DNA of 64,000 nt from the IMG/VR virus record IMGVR_UViG_3300034159_000051, positions 1 to 64,000 of that record, one strand, 5' to 3'. The stretch comes from a virus. Under the pieces are notes generated by a model. It had not been told where the DNA came from and made no database searches. It saw nothing but the letters and a program-made list of their open reading frames with translations. Position 1 is the first letter of the stretch; each line of letters opens with the position of its first letter. The position numbers were made by a program, and so were the translations under genes. Below, piece by piece: positions 52,731 through 61,666 of this stretch.

Positions 52731-53191
52731 CAGCTATCGTTCCGTCTCGGCGGTTGTCCTCTAACTAGAAAATAGATTGCAAACGGTAAAACAAGCACCA
52801 TCAACTGGATGAAAATAGCATTCCCAAGGCACAAACGAGCTTGCGCTTCATCTAGGGTGTATCCAAAATCAACAAAAACATCGGCCAATATTGAATCTGG
52901 TTGCATCCTCGGAATTTTAATTGAAAACAAAGAGACGGACAACTGAAGCAGATTCCAAAGGAATATCCATATAAACAAAATAATATATATGATTTTTACT
53001 ATGAAGTTTTCTGAATATAAAACATAGACCGGGATCACCGACATAAATATTATGTTTGAAAGAACTGACCAAACTGACCAAAACCCAGCATTGATGAACG
53101 AGGATAGATAAGTTTCAATACAAACAAGAAGGATCGCGGAAGCTAGCGCGATCGACAAGGCAACACGGTTGACGTGCAGCGGCATTTGCAT
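52730..53191 (-). CDS. AT-rich multi-TM membrane protein
   Basis: About four hydrophobic helices; visibly lower GC than the flanks. Confidence 0.65.
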   Translation of the reverse strand: MQMPLHVNRVALSIALASAILLVCIETYLSSFINAGFWSVWSVLSNIIFMSVIPVYVLYSENFIVKIIYIILFIWIFLWNLLQLSVSLFSIKIPRMQPDSILADVFVDFGYTLDEAQARLCLGNAIFIQLMVLVLPFAIYFLVRGQPPRRNDS

Positions 53192-53565
53192 CACGGTTTC
53201 ACCCTCAATTCCGACGGCAGGGCAAGCCAAAGGTCGGCAACGGCTTCTTCCGGTGTTGCGCCTTCAAAAATCCACCCCATCAAAAGCTCGCTGTAATGGC
53301 GATAAGACGCCACGTAGCGGCCGGGCTTCTTTTCCAGGGAGAACCAGCCGCGTCCGCCGCGCCCGTCCTCGATTTCTTCCGGGCACCCGTCGATCAACTC
53401 CTCAAGCGCCGGGCTGTAGGCGATAGGAAGCGATGTCTGCCAGGGCACGGCAGTCTTATTTCCAGCAACGACGTACTCTCCGCTTCCCGGCCCGAGATCC
53501 TGATAGACCGGTTGTCGCCAGCCGGCCTCTTTGAGCGCCTGCGCCTTTTTGAAGGATAGCGTCAT
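53191..53565 (-). CDS. Hypothetical phage protein
   Basis: A..LKEAGW.Q, P.LEELI..C, TPEEAVA.LWLAL. Confidence 0.7.
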   Translation of the reverse strand: MTLSFKKAQALKEAGWRQPVYQDLGPGSGEYVVAGNKTAVPWQTSLPIAYSPALEELIDGCPEEIEDGRGGRGWFSLEKKPGRYVASYRHYSELLMGWIFEGATPEEAVADLWLALPSELRVKP

Positions 53566-53879
53566 GGCGTCACCTGCTTGAGCCGTTCTTCGCAGGCGCG
53601 AAGTATGCGCCGGAATAGCTCTTGATCTGCCTCAACGAGCGTCGGCGACGTCAGGCCCGCTTGAAGCTCCATTTCTGCGAGCGCTTGGAAGGAGGTTTCG
53701 AGGGCGGCGTAGCCATTTGCTTTACATGCGCAGGTCCGCGCGCCGTCGGCGACCTCCTTATCGTCGCAAAAAACACGGCGCCCATCTACGGTGGCTCCGC
53801 AGCAATCCTCATCCCGGATCGCTGCGGACACCTTATGCCATAGCGTTTTGAAGGGGTCGTTAGAGGCCATGAACGACAA
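53562..53879 (-). CDS. Hypothetical Cys-containing protein
   Basis: Coupled ORF. Confidence 0.55.
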   Translation of the reverse strand: MSFMASNDPFKTLWHKVSAAIRDEDCCGATVDGRRVFCDDKEVADGARTCACKANGYAALETSFQALAEMELQAGLTSPTLVEADQELFRRILRACEERLKQVTP

Positions 53880-54207
53880 TCCTCTCGATCTCGTCGTCGG
53901 TCAGCTCGTACAAGATAGCTTTTTCGCCAACCCGGATATCATCGAGCGTGAAGAAGACCTTGCTGTCCGCATTTTCGCGGCACGCCGCCAAAATCCCCGC
54001 CAAGAAATTGCGCGGCGTCAGCGGGACAATTGGCCCCGGTCGTAAGGATTCCGGGATGAGCCGCGGGCTGATCTTGAGGGCGACGCAGTAAAGAAAATAG
54101 CAGACGCTCTCCGGCATGAGACGATGAAGCGTCACCCAAAACCGATTGATCACGATTTCCTCCTTTGGAATGGATTCCAGCGCCGCGGCCGCGGCTGCGC
54201 CCTGCAT
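53860..54207 (-). CDS. Hypothetical protein
   Basis: Coupled ORF. Confidence 0.5.
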   Translation of the reverse strand: MQGAAAAAALESIPKEEIVINRFWVTLHRLMPESVCYFLYCVALKISPRLIPESLRPGPIVPLTPRNFLAGILAACRENADSKVFFTLDDIRVGEKAILYELTDDEIERIVVHGL

Positions 54208-54581
54208 CCTGACTCGTTGGCGTTGACGCCCTGGATGCAGGATAGGTCATAGAGGCCGTGCTCTGCGTCGAGTTCCGTCTGCACACGCTCGTCTCTTACG
54301 CGCATGAGTTCGAGCTGTTGCTTCTCGCGCCGCAGACGGTATTGATCAACCCCCTCCCACGCATCCAGCTCCCCAGACCAGTGATCGGCTGTCTCAGGCT
54401 GGATGCGAGTAGCCTGCGCCGTGGCCGGCTTGACGACTTCATACGTCGTATCGATCACGGCCGGTGGCGGACTTGGCGAGGAGACGGCAGGAAGGGTTTG
54501 CTTTTCCTCCTTCCCAGTTTGTTGTTCCTCCTCCCCAAACGTAGCGACGGTGTGACGCCCAACTAGAAAATTAACGGCCAT
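54150..54581 (-). CDS. Hypothetical protein
   Basis: AAGGAGTGATC RBS. Confidence 0.6.
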   Translation of the reverse strand: MAVNFLVGRHTVATFGEEEQQTGKEEKQTLPAVSSPSPPPAVIDTTYEVVKPATAQATRIQPETADHWSGELDAWEGVDQYRLRREKQQLELMRVRDERVQTELDAEHGLYDLSCIQGVNANESGCRAQPRPRRWNPFQRRKS

Positions 54582-54644
54582 TGATCACTCCTTTTACTTT
54601 CTTCGTAGTCGAGAAACGAAGCGTCATCTCCGCTGGCTCGACCT

Positions 54645-54851
54645 TCATCGCGGACCGCCCTCGCCACCCTTTTTATGGAAGGCGCAGAGTATTATTTTTC
54701 CGATCTCGACGGTGACCCCTCCGAGGATGGCGCTGAACGCTAAACGCCAAAACCAGCCTGGGCTTTGATCGAAGCCGCCGGCGATATGGAGGGCGGACCC
54801 GACAACCATGGATGCGGCGAAAATAAAAATAGGATTTGATGTACGCATCAC
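54645..54851 (-). CDS. Small two-TM protein
   Basis: Two hydrophobic segments. Confidence 0.55.
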   Translation of the reverse strand: MMRTSNPIFIFAASMVVGSALHIAGGFDQSPGWFWRLAFSAILGGVTVEIGKIILCAFHKKGGEGGPR

Positions 54852-55051
54852 CCGTCACCTATCTTGCGTTCGATGCAATAATGGTCCGCGAACTCCTCTA
54901 TTGTGTGCTTGCCGTTCACGAGGCCGACGATATGGTCATGCAACTCTTTAAGCGCGTAGGCGTGCACGCCGCCATACATCTTGTCGCCGCGCTTGGCGGC
55001 GGACCCGGCGTTCTCGATCAGGCCCTTGAGGTTGACTTTCATGCCGCTCAT
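54848..55051 (-). CDS. Hypothetical protein
   Basis: Start re-called at the motif at 55051. Confidence 0.65.
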   Translation of the reverse strand: MSGMKVNLKGLIENAGSAAKRGDKMYGGVHAYALKELHDHIVGLVNGKHTIEEFADHYCIERKIGDG

Positions 55052-55068
55052 CTGATCCCCTTCACTTT

Positions 55069-55269
55069 CTAATGGTACGGCGGAAAATAGAGGCGGCGGG
55101 CGGCCATGCCTTGCCGCTCGTCCTCGCATTTTTCAGGCTGCGGGCAGGCGATCGCAGCGAAGTTTCCACCCTTCGAAATCGGATCGTAGATCGATGTCGA
55201 ATACAGGTAGCAGTTGCAGGTCGAGCACCAGACTTTGCATTCGCACGGGTCTTCGGCGGCTTCGGTCAT
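55069..55269 (-). CDS. Small Cys-rich protein
   Basis: CEC..WCSTCNC...C....C. Confidence 0.5.
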   Translation of the reverse strand: MTEAAEDPCECKVWCSTCNCYLYSTSIYDPISKGGNFAAIACPQPEKCEDERQGMAARRLYFPPYH

Positions 55270-55445
55270 GTTGCGATCCAATAAGCTCCGACTAAGAGAC
55301 CAACACAAGGAATCGCCGCAAGAATAAAGGCCGCGACGGCGCATCCCTTATGGGGCGCGCCAGGATCGTATCCCCAGCCTGTTTTTGGGTCTGGCATAGG
55401 CATTACGCCAATGATAATTCCAGGGCCGTACTTGCGTTTGGTCAT
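55266..55445 (-). CDS. Small membrane protein
   Basis: C-terminal hydrophobic helix. Confidence 0.5.
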   Translation of the reverse strand: MTKRKYGPGIIIGVMPMPDPKTGWGYDPGAPHKGCAVAAFILAAIPCVGLLVGAYWIAT

Positions 55446-55458
55446 CGGCTCATCTTCC

Positions 55459-55770
55459 CTACACAAACATCTGCAACCAGTTGTCTTCTTCGTCGTAGCG
55501 GACGCCGCAGCGGATCAAGGTGATGATGTCCTCCTCAGTCGCCGCCTCGGCCAGCGCTTCAAGGTCGACGTCAAGCCCGATTTCATCGTGCCCGGCGTCG
55601 CCGACGATATCGCGGTTGCCCGGAACAAGCTTATCGAGCAAGAGGAAGGCGCACAGGTCCGGGCGCTTGCTTAGCGGGTTCTCGATGCGGCTGAATTCGA
55701 GGAGTTCTCCAGTCCCGTCGGTATCTGTTCCGTCGTATTTTTCGAAGGTCTTTTTTAGGTCGATCGCCAT
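55459..55770 (-). CDS. Conserved hypothetical phage protein
   Basis: S.RPDLCAFLLLD.LVP..D....A.HDEI...L.RCGVRYD....MFV; motif at 55774. Confidence 0.75.
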   Translation of the reverse strand: MAIDLKKTFEKYDGTDTDGTGELLEFSRIENPLSKRPDLCAFLLLDKLVPGNRDIVGDAGHDEIGLDVDLEALAEAATEEDIITLIRCGVRYDEEDNWLQMFV

Positions 55771-55798
55771 TAATCTGATCCCTTTCAGTTCTTAACTT

Positions 55799-56023
55799 TT
55801 AACGGAATGCAGGGCATTTTGCAATGCCCTGCATTCGGACGGCGATCGGATCGTAGCGGTCGCAATGCGCCTCGATGACTATCGTTTCGCCGTGCAAGAC
55901 GATTTCCATGCGGCGCCACTCGAAACGCTGCCAGCTTTGCATATAGGATTTCGGAGCAAGCTGGAGCCAGCATGTTTTTGCGTTCGGGCAGGTCTTGTTG
56001 GTGCACATCGTCAGATCGGCCAC
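55799..56023 (-). CDS. Small Cys-rich protein
   Basis: ADLTMC....CP....C pattern. Confidence 0.6.
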   Translation of the reverse strand: MADLTMCTNKTCPNAKTCWLQLAPKSYMQSWQRFEWRRMEIVLHGETIVIEAHCDRYDPIAVRMQGIAKCPAFR

Positions 56024-56024
56024 G

Positions 56025-56300
56025 TCACCCGGCCCCCAAGAATCGGCCGCGCCGGTTCAGAGCCGCCTTGTATTGCCGCTTCACGCCGTCGTCGAGTTGA
56101 GATAGAGCCGCATCCGTCAACCACCCGCCGTAGGGATTGCCGTTGTGCTTGATCAGGTCGAGCTTGATCGCCTCGGCGAGTACGCTGGCGATGGTTCTCG
56201 GCCCAAAAGGAAGGGCGAGGATGGTTTGCCCAACGCCGCCCTTGATTGTCCCCATGGCGTAGGCCTCAATCACCTTTTGGATCGTCAGCTTCTCGCTCAT
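56025..56300 (-). CDS. Hypothetical protein (winged-helix-like?)
   Basis: AGGAG RBS. Confidence 0.55.
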   Translation of the reverse strand: MSEKLTIQKVIEAYAMGTIKGGVGQTILALPFGPRTIASVLAEAIKLDLIKHNGNPYGGWLTDAALSQLDDGVKRQYKAALNRRGRFLGAG

Positions 56301-56515
56301 TGCGCGCTCCTGACATGCAAAAGAGCGCAGGTTGCGCAGACATAGATGCGCCGCACGTTGCCGATCGCATAGAACGGTTGGCCGGCCGTCATCGGCTTAT
56401 GGCACGGCCCGTCGCATATCTCTCCGGCCCTAGCCGTAAAATCGTCGACCTTCATGGCGTCCACCTGGACCGACTCTTGCGTCGTCGCCTGGCTTATTAT
56501 GGTTCGATCAGCCAT
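56297..56515 (-). CDS. Small zinc-finger-like protein
   Basis: CDGPC...CATC; GGAG RBS. Confidence 0.55.
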   Translation of the reverse strand: MADRTIISQATTQESVQVDAMKVDDFTARAGEICDGPCHKPMTAGQPFYAIGNVRRIYVCATCALLHVRSAQ

Positions 56516-56714
56516 TTGCAAGTTTCTCCAGAAATTCAGCAAGTTTTTGGAGATCCCCCGCCGTGATCTCGATAAGGCGCATGCCACCGTTTTGGTCTGG
56601 CGCGGCGCGGGAGATGAGGGACTCCCTCGTGGGCATGGTTTTGGTCGCGGAAGCCATTTCGATGAATGGCCTCGCAACAATAGGGTCGTAGATATTCATA
56701 GGCTTATCGGACAT
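56508..56714 (-). CDS. Hypothetical protein
   Basis: Start re-called at AAGGAGGGATCAG-ATG. Confidence 0.65.
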   Translation of the reverse strand: MSDKPMNIYDPIVARPFIEMASATKTMPTRESLISRAAPDQNGGMRLIEITAGDLQKLAEFLEKLANG

Positions 56715-56725
56715 CTGATCCCTCC

Positions 56726-57211
56726 TTATGCGCCAGTCATCGCCGGGGCGAGTTTGTCTGCAAACATGGTTTTTGGACGCGGCGGCGGTGCGCTGCACGC
56801 TATCAGGTACATAAAACAAAGGATTGAAACGTCGGACAAGGTCAAGGCGAAGCCATCCATTCTCCAGCCGAGAAGCGAATGCGTCGGGACAAAAATAGAT
56901 AGGATAGTCCACCAAAAGAGCCTAGAAAAAACAGAATGATACCGCTCTGGATTGGCTGATGTCCCGGAGTGTCTTTCCGCTTGCATGGAGCGGATATAAA
57001 GATAAAAGACAAGCATGGCCGATATTCCAAGCCCAAAAGGTCTGTAATCAAAGATCATGCATGACGCATATACAGAACCGATGTACACCGCCAACGTCAT
57101 GCGCGCTTGCTGGAAGCAGGATAGACCAGTCCACCATTCCAGACGCCATGAAACAGGCTCGACGACATTATCGAGGAACCATATATCGAATTTTGTAATC
57201 TTGCCGAACAT
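56726..57211 (-). CDS. Multi-TM membrane protein
   Basis: About four hydrophobic segments; motif at 57218. Confidence 0.65.
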   Translation of the reverse strand: MFGKITKFDIWFLDNVVEPVSWRLEWWTGLSCFQQARMTLAVYIGSVYASCMIFDYRPFGLGISAMLVFYLYIRSMQAERHSGTSANPERYHSVFSRLFWWTILSIFVPTHSLLGWRMDGFALTLSDVSILCFMYLIACSAPPPRPKTMFADKLAPAMTGA

Positions 57212-57824
57212 CTTCTTTCTGATCCCTTTCCTTTTTCGGCTTCTTTGGGAAGCCTCTCGACTTGATGGCGACCTTCGCGCCATCGCTTTTCTGAAAGCCC
57301 CTCGACTTTATGGGCGCCTTCTTCCTGCCCTTTCCGGTTTCGCCGCGGATGCGCTTGCCCTTGGCTATGATGGCGAAGTCTTTTTTATCTTTTTCTAGAG
57401 AGCAAGGGTTGCAACACCAGTACTCCTGATTTTCCGGCCGGTCCGGGTCTTCCCCGGGGGAGCACAGTTCTCGCGCCTTGACATGCTCTCTGCGGAGATT
57501 GTTTCGCGCTAATATTCGGCCACAGCCGCACCCGCACCGGATGTGAGCGCCGTGATAAAACAATGCGTCAAGGGTTTGCGCCTCCGTCGGCGCCCGGCCG
57601 CGCAAGCCGGGTTTCAGGCATCGTTCGCGGACAAAAGCTTGGATGGCTCTATCGAATTGCGTATCCGTTATCGATAGCCTTGATCCACACCCACACCCGC
57701 AGAAGGCAGTCATCCTTTGCCGGAAAAGGATAATAAGCGCCGTCGACACATTGATCGGTTTGCGCTTCGGCGCTTTGGCGACGATGAGCGGCGGCTTCAT
57801 CTTCGGAAGCGCAAGATCGCTCAT
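57168..57824 (-). CDS. HNH-like nuclease with duplicated CGCGC motif
   Basis: Two CGCGC motifs, EH...D..EN....C..PC..K, AKGKR and SRGF tail. Confidence 0.65.
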   Translation of the reverse strand: MSDLALPKMKPPLIVAKAPKRKPINVSTALIILFRQRMTAFCGCGCGSRLSITDTQFDRAIQAFVRERCLKPGLRGRAPTEAQTLDALFYHGAHIRCGCGCGRILARNNLRREHVKARELCSPGEDPDRPENQEYWCCNPCSLEKDKKDFAIIAKGKRIRGETGKGRKKAPIKSRGFQKSDGAKVAIKSRGFPKKPKKERDQKEDVRQDYKIRYMVPR

Positions 57825-58090
57825 GTGCCGCAAACCCAAATAGGCTTCTCGGTCCGGACCGCTTCCGGCTCCGTCCGATCAAAATAGGCGTATTCGCCTT
57901 CGAAGCGAATGGTGCGCCCATGTTCGGAAACCTCAGCCTTAAGGTAGGTCTCTGTGTAGCCGGCCGCGGCGAGCAGCTCGCGAACCATCGCAGCCGGGAT
58001 CTGCGTCGTAACGCAGGTGGACGGCAGCTCCTTGGCGAGCTTCACCAAATCCTCTACGGAATCGATATTCATCTCAAAAGCGATCTGCAT
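57821..58090 (-). CDS. Hypothetical protein
   Basis: Start re-called; AGGA RBS. Confidence 0.55.
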   Translation of the reverse strand: MQIAFEMNIDSVEDLVKLAKELPSTCVTTQIPAAMVRELLAAAGYTETYLKAEVSEHGRTIRFEGEYAYFDRTEPEAVRTEKPIWVCGT

Positions 58091-59060
58091 TGTGCATCCT
58101 ATCGAAAATCGGCGGCGTCTGCGCCCAAGTCCGGCCATCGAGCAAAGGCATGGATATTTTCTTGCCGCCTTCGAGGCGCTGTTTCAAGAAAAACGGCGTG
58201 GACGAGGATACGCATTGATCACGAAGGTCTCGCTCCCACTCGATCTTCATCGGGCGGGCGAACGGGCCGCTTTCGCCGCCGCAGATCGCCCAATCGAGGC
58301 GCGGCTGATCCTGGCTTTCATCGAGCCAATCATTAAGCGTGACGCCTTCCAGGTAAGGCCGCAGGTTGACCTCGCCGAGCATCGGCTCGACGGAGACGCC
58401 GCGGACGGCGGCCGGCGTCCGAAGCAGGTGCGGGATATGCTCATCGGCGGCGCGCTGGTCCTCGGCCGACACCATCAGAACGACGTTCTGAAGCGGCCAC
58501 GGCGTTGCGTTGCCGAGCGGTTGCGGGAGCGCGGCAATTTTCCATCGTTCCGAAGCGACGCATTCTGACGTCGAAAGCCCGTCAGTCCTGTTATTCGGGT
58601 TATTGGAAAGATGATCCAACATCCGTGCGGAGCGCTTCGTCAGAACGATAAAGACGTGCTGCTGGCATAGCGCCATCACAGCGAAAATTTTATCGATCCA
58701 GCTGTCCGGCACGAAGAAGCCGAACAGATCCGTCATCGAGCACACAAAGATGACCCGGCCGCGTTTCCAGCGGATCGGCTGCGTCAGCATCTTTTCATCA
58801 AGGAAGAGACGAGACTCGCCGTTGCGGTAGCCCTTTTTCTCCTCGCAATAAAGATTGCCCGGCTTGAACTCAAGGCCGGTCCCGAGGCGCATATTCATGT
58901 TCTCGGCATAGCAGAATCGGCACCCCTCGCTGACGTGCTCGCAATGCCAGCCGATGCGCTCTTTGCCGCTGCCGTCGTTCTGGATTTCCCAGAACTTCGC
59001 GCGGATCGGCGTCCAGGTCGACCCGCCGTTTGTCCACTCGATTTTGGTTCTCGCCGCCAT
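58074..59060 (-). CDS. Phage Gp37/Gp68 (DUF5131) family protein
   Basis: TKIEWT, C..VSEGC.FCYA, FVCSMTDLF, LTKR, S.EP.LG, GGESGP.ARPM. Confidence 0.92.
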   Translation of the reverse strand: MAARTKIEWTNGGSTWTPIRAKFWEIQNDGSGKERIGWHCEHVSEGCRFCYAENMNMRLGTGLEFKPGNLYCEEKKGYRNGESRLFLDEKMLTQPIRWKRGRVIFVCSMTDLFGFFVPDSWIDKIFAVMALCQQHVFIVLTKRSARMLDHLSNNPNNRTDGLSTSECVASERWKIAALPQPLGNATPWPLQNVVLMVSAEDQRAADEHIPHLLRTPAAVRGVSVEPMLGEVNLRPYLEGVTLNDWLDESQDQPRLDWAICGGESGPFARPMKIEWERDLRDQCVSSSTPFFLKQRLEGGKKISMPLLDGRTWAQTPPIFDRMHNADRF

Positions 59061-59455
59061 CACGCCGCCTTTTGTTCAAGAGGTGTGCCATTAGGGATGA
59101 TGTCTTCGACGTCGAAGCGATACCCCTTGATCAGCCGCTTGAATGCAACCGAGGACGTCATGCGGAGCGTCTGTCGCCCGAAGGCGTCGCCTTGCGGGCT
59201 AATCCATTCGCGACGAAAGAATGTGCGCTCATGGCACCCTTTCGGGCGGTAGCGATCAACAACCGTGATCCGGCATTTTCCCATGCCGTGGGCATATGTG
59301 AAAGAACCTCCATTGCCTTCATTTTCGGTGATGGCGCCGGGCTTCCATTCGCCCTTCGGCCCCTCAAGAAAAGGAGGGTCATACGGCTTCCAGATGAACG
59401 GGTATTCAAATTCGTAGATTTCCGCCGCCTCGGCCTCTTCCGTCTGTTTTTTCAT
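59060..59455 (-). CDS. Hypothetical phage protein
   Basis: Start re-called after the motif at 59459. Confidence 0.7.
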   Translation of the reverse strand: MKKQTEEAEAAEIYEFEYPFIWKPYDPPFLEGPKGEWKPGAITENEGNGGSFTYAHGMGKCRITVVDRYRPKGCHERTFFRREWISPQGDAFGRQTLRMTSSVAFKRLIKGYRFDVEDIIPNGTPLEQKAA

Positions 59456-59509
59456 CGATCTGATCCCTTTTTGCTTTGATTCGAAACTATACCACGCCAA
59501 AGCCGAAGC

Positions 59510-59974
59510 TCAAAAGCCTCGCCTTGGTTTTGTCTCTATTTTCCGCGTAATTCGGTACTCTTTCGGATGCATAAACGCGATGACAAGGTCGCAGGAAACA
59601 GTCGACGATCCCTCATCATGCCGAAAGTCCGACGTGATCTGGACCCCCTCAAGAAGATCGCGAGCGACCTCGATAGCTTTTTCCGCAAGCGGTCCGGCCA
59701 CGCCCTGCGCGAGTCTGAACTCAAGCTCGCGAACAAGGTGCTGGAACGTCGGCTGCGCCCGCGCGTGATCGAAGGCGCTGAACACGTTCTCCAGGTGGGC
59801 GAGACGCCGCACCATCCGATCGAACTTCGCCTGATACAAGATGGCATCATCCTCCCGCTCCTGCTGCTTATTGAGGGCCTCGGCGCGGTTCCGGGCGGCC
59901 GCCAGGATTTCATCTTCGTGCTTGGCTAAGGTCTTCACCGTCTCGGCCTCCTTTTTTCGCCGCTCTCCTTCCAT
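59510..59974 (-). CDS. Hypothetical protein
   Basis: ORF fills the gap; start uncertain. Confidence 0.55.
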   Translation of the reverse strand: MEGERRKKEAETVKTLAKHEDEILAAARNRAEALNKQQEREDDAILYQAKFDRMVRRLAHLENVFSAFDHARAQPTFQHLVRELEFRLAQGVAGPLAEKAIEVARDLLEGVQITSDFRHDEGSSTVSCDLVIAFMHPKEYRITRKIETKPRRGF

Positions 59975-60480
59975 TCCTGGATATCGAACCCGATTTTTTC
60001 ATACAGGAAATTGAAAATCTTGTTCGTGACCTCGCAGAACTTCTTTTCGCTGATGCTGTTCTCGCCCAGCGTAGCGATGCTGGCCGGGCGCAGGACGGCG
60101 ATGCATCCTCCTTCGACCTCCTGCGGCCAACCATAAAGCTTGTTCATGCGATCAGATTCCATCTGCGCCATCAAGACGCGCATGGAGAACTCTTTTTCTT
60201 TCTTTGTATTAAACGGAAGGGCCGCATAAGGCAGGATGTGCCCGGCCTTTACCGTTAGCCATTTACGCAACTGCGTTTCGTCGATCGGCGTGAAGTTGTC
60301 GATTTTTGCGAGCGTCTCCGCATCAGTCGGCCAAACCTCAAAAAGATGAGCGATGGCCGCAAAGAGAAGCCCCATGTGCTTTTCAGAGCGGGCGTCGTCG
60401 AGGATGTATCCACATCCCGGGCAATACGGAACCCCATCAGCCCACCTGATTCGTGTCGGTATTTTCTGACCCCTCGCCAT
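59935..60480 (-). CDS. Zn-ribbon plus NinB/DUF1367-like protein (tentative)
   Basis: CPGC, RS..H...LFA.I, LRKWL..KAGH, P.SI motifs. Confidence 0.55.
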   Translation of the reverse strand: MARGQKIPTRIRWADGVPYCPGCGYILDDARSEKHMGLLFAAIAHLFEVWPTDAETLAKIDNFTPIDETQLRKWLTVKAGHILPYAALPFNTKKEKEFSMRVLMAQMESDRMNKLYGWPQEVEGGCIAVLRPASIATLGENSISEKKFCEVTNKIFNFLYEKIGFDIQEWKESGEKRRPRR

Positions 60481-60483
60481 GGA

Positions 60484-60681
60484 TTACTCCACAATCGGAT
60501 CGAGGTGCTTGATAGCGAGCATGATCCAGATCGTCCAGGCGATGGCATACGCCATCGGCCTAAAGACATAGGTTGCAAGCCCCTCCTTTGCTTGGGCGTA
60601 ATCTCGGTCGAGTTGCTCGCGCTCGGCGTCGGCGCGGAGCTTTTCGTTCTCCGGCGAACGCCAGTTGTCGTTATAGGTCAT
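60484..60681 (-). CDS. Small membrane protein
   Basis: C-terminal hydrophobic helix. Confidence 0.55.
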   Translation of the reverse strand: MTYNDNWRSPENEKLRADAEREQLDRDYAQAKEGLATYVFRPMAYAIAWTIWIMLAIKHLDPIVE

Positions 60682-60944
60682 TCTTTGTCCACAAGAGCAG
60701 TTAGAGCAGCGATCTCATGCAGCGCCGGCAGCACCGGCCCCAGCTGCTTGACGATCTTCCCGACGGCAAAAGCGACCTGCATCCGATGCCTGCGAACGTC
60801 ATCCGGGAAATCGACATGTTTTTGCTCCCCGCGCAGTTCAAGGAACTCTTTGTAATCCTGGACGATTTGCCGGAACCCGTCCAAAAGCTCCTTGTGACTG
60901 AACAGCGGCGCCGCCGCGGTTTTTGGCCCGTTATCTTCAGCCAT
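60678..60944 (-). CDS. Hypothetical protein
   Basis: GGAAGGA RBS; start re-called. Confidence 0.6.
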   Translation of the reverse strand: MAEDNGPKTAAAPLFSHKELLDGFRQIVQDYKEFLELRGEQKHVDFPDDVRRHRMQVAFAVGKIVKQLGPVLPALHEIAALTALVDKE

Positions 60945-61299
60945 TCGATATGTCCTTCCTCTGTCCAAATCGCCCGTGCAGAGCGATGATTTTATCCAAA
61001 GTCACGGCGCGCATCTCCCGCGAGTTCCATTTTTCGGCGTTGCCGCTGCGCTTGGCGGTTTGATCCAGGTCCGACCAGATGTCGCGCAGAAGCTCGCGGG
61101 CGGAGACGGCCGCCGCCCGGCAGCGCGCAATATTCGCCCCCTGCTCAAGGATGGTGGCGTGCAGGGCCTCCTTTTGCGCCTGTAGCGTTCGGACCTGAGC
61201 TTCAAGGGAGTCGACCAGTAAAACCGCATCCGCCGCCCTGTTGCCCGGCAGGCTCCATCCGGCCGCCTTTCGAAGCCATGTCGTAATTTCGCCGATCAT
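60937..61299 (-). CDS. Coiled-coil hypothetical protein
   Basis: GAGGGG RBS. Confidence 0.6.
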   Translation of the reverse strand: MIGEITTWLRKAAGWSLPGNRAADAVLLVDSLEAQVRTLQAQKEALHATILEQGANIARCRAAAVSARELLRDIWSDLDQTAKRSGNAEKWNSREMRAVTLDKIIALHGRFGQRKDISNG

Positions 61300-61664
61300 G
61301 CCGTCCCCTCGATTCTTCTCTTAATCGAATCAATATTCACCTTTAGCCACCTCAGCGTGCGCAGCGTGTCAAGTAGCCCCCGAAGCCGGAACTCGGCGTC
61401 GCCCGGCCCCATTGATCCGGCCTCCACCTTGTCGCGGTAGCAGTCCTCTATGCACTCAAAGACGATCCGGACAGATTGTATCTGATGGTCGATATTTGGA
61501 TTCTGACTTAGCCCCGGCTCGATCCATCGAGGCGCATACGCCTCGATATGATAGGGCTCGCCTTTCCGCCGCGTCTTACGGCCGACGAGCGGATCCTTGG
61601 GTGGATGGGGCGGCCCCTGGACAGGCCCCATCGCCCTCCTTTTTTGCCGGTTGCTCCGCGCCAT
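61296..61664 (-). CDS. Hypothetical protein
   Basis: Coupled ORF. Confidence 0.55.
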   Translation of the reverse strand: MARSNRQKRRAMGPVQGPPHPPKDPLVGRKTRRKGEPYHIEAYAPRWIEPGLSQNPNIDHQIQSVRIVFECIEDCYRDKVEAGSMGPGDAEFRLRGLLDTLRTLRWLKVNIDSIKRRIEGTA

Positions 61665-61666
61665 GG

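Noticed and set aside
60465-60473. Variant motif GGGGTCAGA (also GGGATCAGT at 49510)
   Set aside because: Both lie inside coding sequence with no start codon following, so they were not counted.
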